IMG/VR virus record: IMGVR_UViG_3300033233_000004
Location: 1-64,000 of that record
Strand: one strand, 5' to 3'
DNA: 64,000 nt
From: a virus
This document shows, piece after piece, positions 38,544 through 48,758 of this stretch; the stretch's first letter is position 1; each line of letters begins with the position of its first letter. A program made the position numbers and the translations under genes. The notes under the pieces were generated by a model that searched no databases, had not been told where the DNA came from, and saw only the letters and a list, made by a program, of their open reading frames with translations.

Positions 38544-39412
38544 ACATCATCCTTCCGTTCTATGGTTCCTATCCCACCATCAATCTTTATAGAATCAATT
38601 ACAGGAACAGTTCTTACGAATCGGTCATTACCAGCTTGCAATATTTTAGTACCATCTTCATGAATTTCACCAAGATACACTGGACAAAAGTTGTTCCTTT
38701 CAGCAAGCAAATTTCTCCATAATTTACCATCAACAAGTCCATTCTCGTACTTCGTAGGAATACTTGCATGCCGATGCCCATAAAGAATCATACTCACACT
38801 CGATCTTTGAATAAGAGCCGTCATCTCATTTGGAGACCCATCCGCATTAAATGGTGGTATATGAGAAACCAAAATATCAGGACGTAGAAGTAATGCTGCT
38901 TCCAATCGACGCATATATTTATCCCAATGTCTTGGAGTAATCTCCTCGGTCTTCTTATGTCCATTTGGTAACTTATCGGGGTCAAATTCATGCATTGTAA
39001 ACCTTTCAGAACCTTTTACTGCCGTCATCCTCAATCCATGTGCAAAACCAAGAGTAAACAATTGCTGGTGATCTGCAAAATAGATGTTATCCAAATTATT
39101 TTCATATGCCCATCCAGACATAAAGGCAGCACCCTTCTTACCCCAATAGTAATCGTGATTACCAAGGGTGTTCACAACCTTAACTCCAAACGAATTCAAC
39201 CATTTGAAATCTTGTAACGCTTCCTCTCTATTGATTGCCCACGAAATATCACCACAATTCAAAACTATAGCATTCTGTGGAAGACTTTGAAAACCAGCTT
39301 CGATACGTTCCATGTAATTGTCATACTGTGTCCCAAAATGAGTCATGGGTTTGTATGGCGGAATACCAGACAAGTGTAAATCAGAAATACCGTAGAGATT
39401 ATATGTGGTCAT
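38531..39412 (-). CDS. Metallophosphoesterase
   Basis: SDLH, GDISWA, GNHDY, HIPP, YGHRH. Confidence 0.88.
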   Translation of the reverse strand: MTTYNLYGISDLHLSGIPPYKPMTHFGTQYDNYMERIEAGFQSLPQNAIVLNCGDISWAINREEALQDFKWLNSFGVKVVNTLGNHDYYWGKKGAAFMSGWAYENNLDNIYFADHQQLFTLGFAHGLRMTAVKGSERFTMHEFDPDKLPNGHKKTEEITPRHWDKYMRRLEAALLLRPDILVSHIPPFNADGSPNEMTALIQRSSVSMILYGHRHASIPTKYENGLVDGKLWRNLLAERNNFCPVYLGEIHEDGTKILQAGNDRFVRTVPVIDSIKIDGGIGTIERKDDVCQC

Positions 39413-39954
39413 TGTGTTATCCTTGCCATTTTTTTACGTATATTATTCAATTTTTTCACTATATTCTCCAATTTATTATTACTTGATTGACTAAGAATTA
39501 CAAGATACCATGGAGTAGAATTCTCCTTTGCCTCTTCTTTCCATACTCCTAAAAAGAAAGGAACCCCCCACTTGATAATATCGCCATGTCGTGGGTCAGC
39601 CAAATAAACAAAATCGTCGTCCATACCAACCACATTCATATAATGCCCGTTTCCATCTTCGAGAACAATATGAACAATAGGAATAATATTATGTTTCAAG
39701 TAATCTCGAAGCTGAGAAAGAGTTCCCTTTCCAGTCTCCTTGTACTTATAACCCAAGATGTCCAACGCTCTAATCAAATGATGTTCAGAGCAACCATCAG
39801 GTGTTACACCTGTCAACAAATTCACATCCCTTTGAGTCAACGGTAACCCATATTGGAACCGAAGACTAATCAAGAGGGCTGTGGGGCCACAATTGTATTT
39901 GTACTTCTGTTCTATTGACTTAACAGGAAGCAGAATTTTTTCATCCGCATTCAT
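39409..39954 (-). CDS. C39-like cysteine peptidase
   Basis: QKYKYNCGP, GHY, LADP. Confidence 0.8.
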   Translation of the reverse strand: MNADEKILLPVKSIEQKYKYNCGPTALLISLRFQYGLPLTQRDVNLLTGVTPDGCSEHHLIRALDILGYKYKETGKGTLSQLRDYLKHNIIPIVHIVLEDGNGHYMNVVGMDDDFVYLADPRHGDIIKWGVPFFLGVWKEEAKENSTPWYLVILSQSSNNKLENIVKKLNNIRKKMARITQ

Positions 39955-40175
39955 AATTTTACTCTCCTATTCCATATTTCTAAAGCATCGAGTTCTGTTG
40001 CAAATTGATGATCTGGACAAGCATCCCTATCATAACGTTCTCCTATTGCACAACCACAAAGAGGATTAGAACATGCTACATAATAACAAGATTGTCCTAA
40101 ATAATCAGATTCATAAATACGTGCCGTAGCACCACAAAAAGGACACCGTAATAATAATCTCTCGTCTATACTCAC
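39951..40175 (-). CDS. Lar-family restriction-alleviation-like zinc protein
   Basis: CPFCG..C..C..A...WNRR. Confidence 0.7.
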   Translation of the reverse strand: MSIDERLLLRCPFCGATARIYESDYLGQSCYYVACSNPLCGCAIGERYDRDACPDHQFATELDALEIWNRRVKL

Positions 40176-40720
40176 ATTCGTTTCCTTTCTTCCAGTCTTA
40201 CTGATTTAATATCCATAGAGAATTCGTACAACAAATCTACATATACATTACTGTCATACACAGAATCATCTGATTCTACATAGATGAGTACCCATAACCA
40301 ATCTCGAAACACTTGATAATGTTCAGGCGGAATATGTAATAAACTCATAAGTACTGCATTTACAAACGCTTTACGAGCCATAACATCTGGTTCCAACACC
40401 TCTTCTAAATTACCAACAGCCTCGACTTCTGTAATAAGATTATGCACTGTAGTAAGAGCATCTGTTTCACCTAATGAGAACTTAGTTTCATAGAGTTCCT
40501 TTGCCATAGGGTATGGAACATTTTCCATACGTTTAATAAACTCAATGAGGTCTCCACCACCACAACCAGCACGACAAATCCATTGCAATTTACTTTCATT
40601 TACATCCAAAGATGGCGTAGCATCATTATGAAAAGGGCATTTACAACGTAACTCTACACCCATTTCATTTTCAATAGGTATATGATAATGCTTAAGAAGT
40701 TCTCGTGCCGAAATTGCCAT
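40172..40720 (-). CDS. CHC2 zinc-finger protein (primase zinc-binding domain)
   Basis: CPFHNDATPS..C..C..GGDLIEF. Confidence 0.85.
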   Translation of the reverse strand: MAISARELLKHYHIPIENEMGVELRCKCPFHNDATPSLDVNESKLQWICRAGCGGGDLIEFIKRMENVPYPMAKELYETKFSLGETDALTTVHNLITEVEAVGNLEEVLEPDVMARKAFVNAVLMSLLHIPPEHYQVFRDWLWVLIYVESDDSVYDSNVYVDLLYEFSMDIKSVRLEERKRM

Positions 40721-42195
40721 TACTCTTGTCCCTCTGGTGGCGAAGTATCGTCTTCTTCTACAGTAGAGTCTAATCCAATCATAACATCCACAGCCTCATC
40801 CTCAGAAGGACTTTGAGGATGATTAACAGGAGCCGCAGCAAATGACCCCTCTTCTTGTGGGTCTGGTGGTATTGTCATCAATGCTTCATAAGCTTTGGAA
40901 TGTTGTACCAAACGAGCACGGTCACCAATGTAACCAATATCCCATGCTGCAAACAAGGATATCTTCTTATTACGTCTACCATATCTGTTTTTCTGAAGAA
41001 ATACATCCAAACTCAAATCATCTGGCTGCCGTATGAAAAGAATCACATGACAATGTGGAGCTACATAATGTGATTGTCCAATATCATCAAGACCATATTC
41101 GTCTTCCTTCTTTTTTTGTTTACCAAGACGACTCTGCTGCAAAGACGTAACAAAAGGCATTTCATATTCAGAAATAAACTGTCGATACTCTGAAAACAAG
41201 AAGTTATATCGTTCTGAACTGTTATTAAAAGGTCGAAGAGGATATGCTTCATTAGAATAATCAAAATAAAGCACTTCAGGTAAATACCCAAATTTGGCAG
41301 CGAATGTATCTACTTCTCGTCTAAGGTCTGGTACCTGTGCAGTACCAGTCCAATAAACTACATACGGCAAATTATGTTCACGGTGTATCCTTACACAAGT
41401 CTCTTTGAAAATACGTTGATTGTCAACACTCAATGTCGCATTCTCAATATCATGTGTTTTCAACAATGACGCTCGACTTAACCAAATTCTTACCATACTC
41501 TTGAGAGGGTCTTCGATAGTAATATACATAACTTTCTTACCAAGCACCGCATCATTATATGCCAGATTCGCTTTAAGTCGAGTTTTACCAGCACTTGTGT
41601 CCCCATAAATTAGAGTCATATGAGCCTTACGCTTACCACCATTTGTATAACGGTCAAGTTCAGCAATACCATACGGAATACCGTCCTTGTAACGTTCAGG
41701 GTCTTTCTTGCGATTAAGATAATCTATCCATGCGACTTTAACCTGTTCATACGCCCACCCACGCTGCACTTCACCTAATGCTAATGGATGCTTCAACGCA
41801 GATAAATTAGTAATTGTCGATTGAATTAAACTCTTAGGAGTAATACTATTCTTAATACCAGCAACAATGCCCTTAGTCTCTTTAAGTAAAGACCTGTTAA
41901 GATACATCTCATATAAGTCGTCCATAACTATCTTATACGCATGCTCATCCAATGTCAAAGTTGCAAGGTCTCTCAAAAAGAACATTACTTCCAAATCATT
42001 TGTATACCTACTCAAACCTTCAATAGACGGCGGAACACCATACTGATGAAAATACTTGTTCATCAACTCTTGTGCGGCTCGTGGCAAAGCAAAAGAGAAA
42101 AAGCTTGGGTCTACCGCATGAAACAGTTTGTTATTGGATATATGATACCCAATAACAATACGCTCGTTCTCTTCACTTTCAAGTAAGATGCTCAT
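40720..42195 (-). CDS. dnaB: Replicative helicase, DnaB family
   Basis: GDTSAGKT, ITIE, FDY, QQSR, KNRYG. Confidence 0.88.
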   Translation of the reverse strand: MSILLESEENERIVIGYHISNNKLFHAVDPSFFSFALPRAAQELMNKYFHQYGVPPSIEGLSRYTNDLEVMFFLRDLATLTLDEHAYKIVMDDLYEMYLNRSLLKETKGIVAGIKNSITPKSLIQSTITNLSALKHPLALGEVQRGWAYEQVKVAWIDYLNRKKDPERYKDGIPYGIAELDRYTNGGKRKAHMTLIYGDTSAGKTRLKANLAYNDAVLGKKVMYITIEDPLKSMVRIWLSRASLLKTHDIENATLSVDNQRIFKETCVRIHREHNLPYVVYWTGTAQVPDLRREVDTFAAKFGYLPEVLYFDYSNEAYPLRPFNNSSERYNFLFSEYRQFISEYEMPFVTSLQQSRLGKQKKKEDEYGLDDIGQSHYVAPHCHVILFIRQPDDLSLDVFLQKNRYGRRNKKISLFAAWDIGYIGDRARLVQHSKAYEALMTIPPDPQEEGSFAAAPVNHPQSPSEDEAVDVMIGLDSTVEEDDTSPPEGQE

Positions 42196-42479
42196 ACAGC
42201 CTCGTTTACAAGTCTTAATAAAACATCACCATGACATTTCTTCGGAGCACACCAACAACCTAATACCTTACCTCGAAGTTCTGTCTTTACGGCTGCTAAT
42301 AGTTCTGGCTGAGTCAACAACCATTCTTCAAACTTATCTATTGCTTCATCTCGTGTAGCAACTTTGAAGTCCGCTAAAGTATTATCCAGATGAGAAAAAG
42401 GATTACCCCACTTGGATGGTCGCCCAATGTACACGTCATACGTTTCTTTTTTACAATGCACTACCCGTGGCTGATTCAT
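42192..42479 (-). CDS. DUF4326 family protein
   Basis: DVYIGRPSKWGNPF..LGCWCAPKKCHGDVL. Confidence 0.88.
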   Translation of the reverse strand: MNQPRVVHCKKETYDVYIGRPSKWGNPFSHLDNTLADFKVATRDEAIDKFEEWLLTQPELLAAVKTELRGKVLGCWCAPKKCHGDVLLRLVNEAV

Positions 42480-43246
42480 GAACGCTTCTTTCTTTTCGTA
42501 GCTGCTCGATAACTTTCCCCACGAACAACCAATTGATGTTCAAAACTGGCTACACGGTCAAGTACATCTGGTGTATGAATTCTCGCAGCTTGAATTTCAT
42601 CCATGCTCAAATTTGAGATAAGAACAATGGACTTTTTGCGTTCATACAACAAATTAAAAAGGTTACCAAATTCCAAACCTGAAAAACGGAATTTGTCCAT
42701 AACCTTATACTCTTTGTCAAACTCATCAATGATGAGTAAGTCACTCTTTTTAATACGTTCCAACAATAGACGAGCCTGTGGGTCTTCAATGGCAGTTAAT
42801 TGTAACGTTGATAATTCTGCCATGGTCATACGACAGCAACAGTACTTGTACTCAATCTGGTTCTCATTTGACTTACGTACCAAAATAGCTTGTTTCAATA
42901 AATAACTACTCAATGCTGTCTTTGCCAACCCGTGAGGCCCCCACAAGACCAGACTTTCTCCCTTGTTAATGAAGTTTTCAACATTAGCGACGATACCCAT
43001 AAACTGATCGTAGACTTCACTATTTGCTTTCATAAAAGCGTCGTCCATATTGGGTTCCCAATCCCAATACCGTGCAGTAATTCCTGCCTCTATCAATTGC
43101 TTACGTTCCTTGTAAGAAATGTAACAAAAACACCAGTTAAAAGTCTCACCATCGCGCAAATAACCTGTATGGTCACATATCTCACAAATATTCCTAAAAG
43201 AGTCAAGAAGAGCAGTGTCTTCATCTTTTGTTAAAGTCGTTATCAT
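42476..43246 (-). CDS. DnaC/IstB-like AAA+ helicase loader
   Basis: CxxC..CxC, GPHGLAKT, LLIIDE, ISN, GESYR. Confidence 0.85.
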   Translation of the reverse strand: MITTLTKDEDTALLDSFRNICEICDHTGYLRDGETFNWCFCYISYKERKQLIEAGITARYWDWEPNMDDAFMKANSEVYDQFMGIVANVENFINKGESLVLWGPHGLAKTALSSYLLKQAILVRKSNENQIEYKYCCCRMTMAELSTLQLTAIEDPQARLLLERIKKSDLLIIDEFDKEYKVMDKFRFSGLEFGNLFNLLYERKKSIVLISNLSMDEIQAARIHTPDVLDRVASFEHQLVVRGESYRAATKRKKRS

Positions 43247-43650
43247 TCATCCTCTGGAAATATGTCTCTATTGAAATCAAGAACATTACGCATCCGTAAC
43301 AAGTCCACCGAAACTGGTTTATTCACATTATGTAAATTCTTCTGATTCTTAATTCGTTGATAATAATACCAAACCTCATACTTGACTATTGCCATGAATC
43401 CCACGTTGCTGCGTACTCCAAGAAACTTTGGAGAAAATACCCAGTCAATAAAGTCTCGATACTCTTCATTGGTCATTTTCAACTTATTCATGAAGCGTTT
43501 AATATGCACACCATACATCAACCATGCAGTATCAGGAAACTCATACATGGGGTCTCGACGCAACGTTTTATATTTCTCCATATAATACGCTGTGAATTCT
43601 TTTGTTGTCCAATGAGCTACTTCACGTTTACCCTTAACTAAAACTGTCAT
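43243..43650 (-). CDS. Hypothetical protein
   Basis: 135 aa in the replication block. Confidence 0.65.
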   Translation of the reverse strand: MTVLVKGKREVAHWTTKEFTAYYMEKYKTLRRDPMYEFPDTAWLMYGVHIKRFMNKLKMTNEEYRDFIDWVFSPKFLGVRSNVGFMAIVKYEVWYYYQRIKNQKNLHNVNKPVSVDLLRMRNVLDFNRDIFPEDE

Positions 43651-43771
43651 AGTATACTTTTCACTATTATAATTTCTTTTCCAAGCTCTCTATTACAGCA
43701 GAAAGATTTCTAATACATCGTTTCAATACCGCATTAGTATTTTTTGGCTGAAGATTAACAACAACTTCAAG

Positions 43772-45277
43772 TTATTGAAAGGAATTCCTTGCCTTTTCTA
43801 TTGTCCATTTACTAATGTCTCTGTCGATAATTTCAAAACATGGCTCCGACTCATACAATTGCCGTCGAAAACGGCAATGGCTCCCAATGTATCTCTCGCT
43901 CTGCATAAAATCAATGTAACCACCAAATGTCTTGGAAGGGTCGTCAGGATTAGGTGTAATGGAACGAAATCTCTGAAAAATATCAACGGGACTCATACCA
44001 CCAGCAGCATTAATAACGTAATGTAAACCCGGTATATCAACACCTTCGTCCCATAGCGTTGAAATAACACACTTAGTCACACCAGTATTCAAAGCTTCCT
44101 TGACCTCATTACGAATATCCAAAGACGCTTCTCCATATACCCTGATAGCATCAGGATACAAGGTATGAATAGCATTGCCATGTGTCTTCTTATCAACAAC
44201 AATAAGAACATTCTTATTCATACGATTCAACTTCATAGCAATACGAACAATGACAGTATTACGAAAAGTATTCTCAGTAATAGCATACTTGTAGATAGCC
44301 CCGTAGGATAAAGCTGATATAGTCATCTTTGGTAGCTTGAACATAAAAATCTTGGCTGGCAACAACCATCCAGCTTTAACCAATTCCGTGTAACTCACCT
44401 GAGAGAAGACACTACCAATAACAGATTCAATAATCATATCCTCTGGTCTACCATAATTCGGCGTAGCACTTAAACCAATTATGATTTCAGCATTCTTGAG
44501 CTTACTGAACACTGTAACAGCAATCGAACTCTGACTGTGATGAGCTTCGTCATAAATCATTGTTTTTGCAGACTCTATATACGTTCGAAGTTGAAACCTT
44601 TGCTCATTTGTAAGTACATTATCACTTCCAATCTTCTTATATGCTTGCCCTTTTCTCTCCTTAGCAGCAGCACGACGCATCTTGTATTGAATCTCATATG
44701 CCATCACCGCCGATTGTACGGTCATAATAGTAATGTCGCCAAGTTCAAATTTGTTGTCTCCAACGAAACCGAACGTGACATCAGGTATATCCTGTTTGAA
44801 ACTCCTAAGTGTTTGCGATGCAATATCAATACTATTACACATGAAGATAGCTGGAAATCTACGAGACTGGTCAAGAAAAGCTCCTGCAATCTTTGTCTTA
44901 CCACTTCGGGGCGGAGACTGCAATATACCACGCTTAAAATGAAACATGGCATCTACAGAACGAGTTTGATACGGACGCAACTTATAGTCCCCTTGTGGTT
45001 CATAGCGAGGTATCTCATCAAAACCTATTATACGATACGGAATTTGCTTTGACTCAAGAAACTCAATAACTTTGTAAATAAGTCCCGACTTAAAACTACG
45101 CGTCTTGGAACTATAGAATCTTTGGAAACCATCCCACTCTTTGAGAAGATACGCCGTCGAGAATAAGTGGTCACTCCTTTTAAACGATAAAAGGTCATCG
45201 AGTTCACTATCCAATTCAGAAGTGATCTCATGACCTTGTAAGTATGTACGAATAGAAGAATAGTTTAACGTTATCAT
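43772..45277 (-). CDS. SF2 DEAH helicase (UvsW-like)
   Basis: LRPYQ, PRSGKT, DEAHH, SATP, EGVDIP. Confidence 0.9.
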   Translation of the reverse strand: MITLNYSSIRTYLQGHEITSELDSELDDLLSFKRSDHLFSTAYLLKEWDGFQRFYSSKTRSFKSGLIYKVIEFLESKQIPYRIIGFDEIPRYEPQGDYKLRPYQTRSVDAMFHFKRGILQSPPRSGKTKIAGAFLDQSRRFPAIFMCNSIDIASQTLRSFKQDIPDVTFGFVGDNKFELGDITIMTVQSAVMAYEIQYKMRRAAAKERKGQAYKKIGSDNVLTNEQRFQLRTYIESAKTMIYDEAHHSQSSIAVTVFSKLKNAEIIIGLSATPNYGRPEDMIIESVIGSVFSQVSYTELVKAGWLLPAKIFMFKLPKMTISALSYGAIYKYAITENTFRNTVIVRIAMKLNRMNKNVLIVVDKKTHGNAIHTLYPDAIRVYGEASLDIRNEVKEALNTGVTKCVISTLWDEGVDIPGLHYVINAAGGMSPVDIFQRFRSITPNPDDPSKTFGGYIDFMQSERYIGSHCRFRRQLYESEPCFEIIDRDISKWTIEKARNSFQ

Positions 45278-45732
45278 GACCGGGGTGGTAAAATAAACCA
45301 GCCTTTCTGCCGCAGGGTTTGAATAATAGCTTCTGCTGGAATAGCATCAATATTTACATGATCTTCAGTCTTACCAATAGTAAGATTTACATGTTGTTTG
45401 ATGGATGTTTCTATATCTGAATAGGTAAGAGTACCAGTAGGTGGAATAATATGCCAACCTCGCTGTTTCAAATCTTGTACAACTACATCAATAGGAAGAA
45501 AAACCTGTACTGCTTCTTCCAACTTATCAACAGATGGTGTAACCCATTGACGAATAGTAGCTTCAAAATCAGCAACGTCAGTTGCTATCATCTGTGATAC
45601 TGGAACAATAACAAACCCCGCCTCATGTATTTTATACAAAATCAGGTCTATAGATTCTGCAAGAGCTTTCTGGTCAACGTTTGGTCTATCGTCGAATGAA
45701 TCCAGCAATCGTTGACGGACAGTCTCACTCAT
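45274..45732 (-). CDS. Hypothetical protein with three internal repeats
   Basis: IHEAGFVIVP / LKQRGWHIIPP / LRQKGWFILPP. Confidence 0.65.
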   Translation of the reverse strand: MSETVRQRLLDSFDDRPNVDQKALAESIDLILYKIHEAGFVIVPVSQMIATDVADFEATIRQWVTPSVDKLEEAVQVFLPIDVVVQDLKQRGWHIIPPTGTLTYSDIETSIKQHVNLTIGKTEDHVNIDAIPAEAIIQTLRQKGWFILPPRS

Positions 45733-45772
45733 ATATCAGAAGCTTTCCATTGAGTATAGGTATTAGTCTCAC

Positions 45773-46465
45773 TCATCTTTTCTTCCACTCAATTGTATGA
45801 TAAATGTCGGTTTTAAGAACACAGCCATTATAGCGGAGTTCAATATCACAAGATGTAATATATGTATTTCCCTCATAAATGTCAAGCAAATCTGAAAGAA
45901 TGGTATATACATTCTTTGAGTTCAACAGCTTTTGTCTTAATACCTGTTTCTCATCGGACGTAAGGGCTGCATCCATAGGAACAATTTGTTTCTCAATAGA
46001 AAAGATAATGTCTTCAAAATATGGTGATATGCCAGTATACCCTAAAACAAAGGTCAGATTAGCTTTTGTAGGAATTATTTCATTAGCTATCACGGGTAAC
46101 TCTACCCAAGAATAGTTCTTAACCTTTTTACGGTAAAAGTCACATTGATAACCAGCTTTGTAGGTAGATATGGTTTCTACAAAATCTGTTTGACTCATTC
46201 GTTCGAGGGGAAGGTCGAAAGAAACACCTACCTCAACAGAATTAACATTGAAGTCTTTATTTATGTTAAGAGCTATGTCTTCAAGTATTTTAGGAGTTAA
46301 AACAGCATTAGATAATGGTAGGAAATACTTAATGAAGAGTTCTGGTTCAACGAAACTCGAAGTTCCAATAGAGAAATTTGCCAACACCCTACGATCACCC
46401 TTGCCTTTTCGAGCAAATATAACAGGAATGAAAAGATTCTCAAGTCTTGATGCATAAATAGCCAT
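45773..46465 (-). CDS. Degenerate FolE2 (GTP cyclohydrolase IB)-like protein
   Basis: The order of L.IP..RKG, VSF...R, VELPV, FEDII..IE, DEK segments follows FolE2, but CPCS/HNQ/ESIH are absent. Confidence 0.45.
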   Translation of the reverse strand: MAIYASRLENLFIPVIFARKGKGDRRVLANFSIGTSSFVEPELFIKYFLPLSNAVLTPKILEDIALNINKDFNVNSVEVGVSFDLPLERMSQTDFVETISTYKAGYQCDFYRKKVKNYSWVELPVIANEIIPTKANLTFVLGYTGISPYFEDIIFSIEKQIVPMDAALTSDEKQVLRQKLLNSKNVYTILSDLLDIYEGNTYITSCDIELRYNGCVLKTDIYHTIEWKKR

Positions 46466-46516
46466 GTATAATAACCATTCAGATTAATACCTACGAGATA
46501 ACGACATTATGAAATA

Positions 46517-46984
46517 TTACTCCAAAGATTTTTCCATTTTAACACGAACAATAGTCTGTCCATTAGACACATGATTTACATATTCTTTTACAAGAAACCC
46601 TTGTTTCTTATAAAAACCAACTGCTTGTTCTGTCGAAAATACAGTCAACATTTTTCTGTTACCAAATGCGTGATGAAACAGAGCATATTTCTCAAGATAA
46701 TCGTACAACAACTGACCAACTCCCATGCCTTGAGCTAACGGGTCAACAAACAGATATACAATATGATTACCATCAATACCAGCCATACCAAATACATGAT
46801 GAGTATTTTCATCTTCATATACTACAAGATGCCATTGAGTTATGGCATTTTTCATAGATTTAGGAGTAGCATGCGCCAGCAATTGATTTTGCTGTTGTGG
46901 ATTGTAATGAGAATCTTGACGAAAAGTTTCATGAATGAAACCCAAAACTACTGGAATATCCTGTTCAGTCATTATACGTATCAT
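46517..46984 (-). CDS. GNAT acetyltransferase
   Basis: LFVDPLAQGMGVG, AVGFYKKQGF. Confidence 0.9.
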   Translation of the reverse strand: MIRIMTEQDIPVVLGFIHETFRQDSHYNPQQQNQLLAHATPKSMKNAITQWHLVVYEDENTHHVFGMAGIDGNHIVYLFVDPLAQGMGVGQLLYDYLEKYALFHHAFGNRKMLTVFSTEQAVGFYKKQGFLVKEYVNHVSNGQTIVRVKMEKSLE

Positions 46985-47006
46985 AACAAACCCCCTTAAA
47001 GAAAAG

Positions 47007-47366
47007 CTATTCTACATCAAATCGTTTAATACGTATAGAAGATTGAAAATATACAGAAACATAACTCATAAATTCACTGTGTCCCATATGATTACCAAAA
47101 TCAAGCTCAACAACAACATCGCCTGTATCTGGTTTATATTCCATCAGAACAAGAAAAGCCTCTTGAGTTGGAGCCTCAGTCTCAGGGACTCTTTTCGCAC
47201 GAATTTTTCCGAATTTATTACGAATGACACCATACCAGAACTGCATAGGCGTGAACCTCTTAAGAAAATAACATCGGTGTGAGAATATCGTTGTAAATAT
47301 AATGTACGTATTTTTAACAAAAAAGCAAACCACCTCAAAAATACTGTTGAAACTGGTCAGAATCAA
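47007..47366 (-). CDS. Hypothetical protein (start uncertain)
   Basis: ORF between the sigma and GNAT genes. Confidence 0.45.
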   Translation of the reverse strand: MILTSFNSIFEVVCFFVKNTYIIFTTIFSHRCYFLKRFTPMQFWYGVIRNKFGKIRAKRVPETEAPTQEAFLVLMEYKPDTGDVVVELDFGNHMGHSEFMSYVSVYFQSSIRIKRFDVE

Positions 47367-48066
47367 TGAGTTTTTTTAACTTGGCAAGTGCTCGGTCTCG
47401 TATTTGACGCACTCGAACAAATTTTATATGTAATTGTTGTCCAATTGCTTCCAGAGTTTTTGCATCACCGTCATTACTGAGACCGAAGTACAAACGAATA
47501 ATAGCGGCTTCCCTATTATCGAGATGCGTCAACAAAAAATCATTAATATCAGCCATACCAACACTCTCCATAGTATTATGTGAGAGGTTCAATTCCGTTG
47601 TTTGCGTAGTAAACATTGCTTCAATATCCTTATCAACACGAGAAGTTGTTTCCAACATCTCCTCTGTCATAAGATGAGTACGTTTACTTTCATAAACCTT
47701 GTTCTTAGCTAATGAAGCTCGAATGAAAAATCGAATCCAATGTACAACAAAAGAAAACAACTTGATGTCTGGATACTTCACAGCATCAAATCTGCAAATA
47801 CCTATCATCAAACCGAGATTACCTTCTTGAATAATATCCATGATAGACATTGTTGCTGGTAAAGAAAATTCCTTCAATACATACATAACAAAACGTAAAT
47901 TAGCGTTTATCAATTTATGAAAAGCTTCAATGTTTTTTGGAATAGTATCCTGCGGTGGATGGGTACCTAAACTGAGAATAAGGTCTCGTTCTTGATTCCT
48001 ATCAGTAATAGTATCATACTTCTTTTTTCCCAACTCTATTTTATACAAATCAAATTGCGTTTTCAT
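47335..48066 (-). CDS. Sigma70-family RNA polymerase sigma factor
   Basis: ANLRFV, DIIQEGNLGL, WIR, region 4 TLEAIG..RVRQIRDRALAKL. Confidence 0.92.
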   Translation of the reverse strand: MKTQFDLYKIELGKKKYDTITDRNQERDLILSLGTHPPQDTIPKNIEAFHKLINANLRFVMYVLKEFSLPATMSIMDIIQEGNLGLMIGICRFDAVKYPDIKLFSFVVHWIRFFIRASLAKNKVYESKRTHLMTEEMLETTSRVDKDIEAMFTTQTTELNLSHNTMESVGMADINDFLLTHLDNREAAIIRLYFGLSNDGDAKTLEAIGQQLHIKFVRVRQIRDRALAKLKKLIDSDQFQQYF

Positions 48067-48758
48067 TATATAGGAAATCCTTCTTGTTGCCGCCTGCAAT
48101 AAACAGCGTGTCCAGAATCAAACGCTTCTCTTCGATTTGTTCTTACATACGTTTCATCCCACGCGCTTCCTTTAAATGAAGGGTGATCATGTATAATTCC
48201 CAATGGTTGTCCAGAATACTCATACAAAACACCCAATACTCGTGCTTGATTCAAAGCGTCAGTATCAGCAAACAAAGAGATATAATCGGGATGAACAATG
48301 TAACCTAAACGTTTATAGTAAGCCCCCGAAAGACATTGAATAATAGCGTTTGTTGCAGAATTCGGGATACCATCCTGTATATGTATAAAGTACTCATCTT
48401 TTTGAAGCATATTAATAAACGCAAACAATTTTGAATCCCATCCAGCAGATAATATGATATCATCCGCTATAGTCAAAAGTACATCCTCATCAACATATGA
48501 TTCCCCTGCACGATTAGTAGCATCCACAGCACCTCTATTGAAATTTTGAACAAATTTTACCGTCACATTCTCTGGTACTGACTTAAAAAGTTGTCGATAC
48601 GTATTTATACTATCGTCATCAATATCAAAAGACAAAACATACTTTACTCGAACTTTACTGGTCATATTATTCACAGTACGATGTAACGTAGCAATCCCTT
48701 CACTTGGTCTTTTACGAGTTGGATGAATAATGAGTATACTACCGACTTCCATAAACAC
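48066..48758 (-). CDS. Glycosyltransferase family 2
   Basis: HPTR, D-x-DD, ADD, FADTD, H-x-HP. Confidence 0.75.
   Translation of the reverse strand: MFMEVGSILIIHPTRKRPSEGIATLHRTVNNMTSKVRVKYVLSFDIDDDSINTYRQLFKSVPENVTVKFVQNFNRGAVDATNRAGESYVDEDVLLTIADDIILSAGWDSKLFAFINMLQKDEYFIHIQDGIPNSATNAIIQCLSGAYYKRLGYIVHPDYISLFADTDALNQARVLGVLYEYSGQPLGIIHDHPSFKGSAWDETYVRTNRREAFDSGHAVYCRRQQEGFPI

Noticed and set aside
11284-45277. Inteins or introns in terL, recA, polA, dnaB or the helicase
   Set aside because: Lengths are normal and I saw no C...HN splice motifs or interrupted frames.
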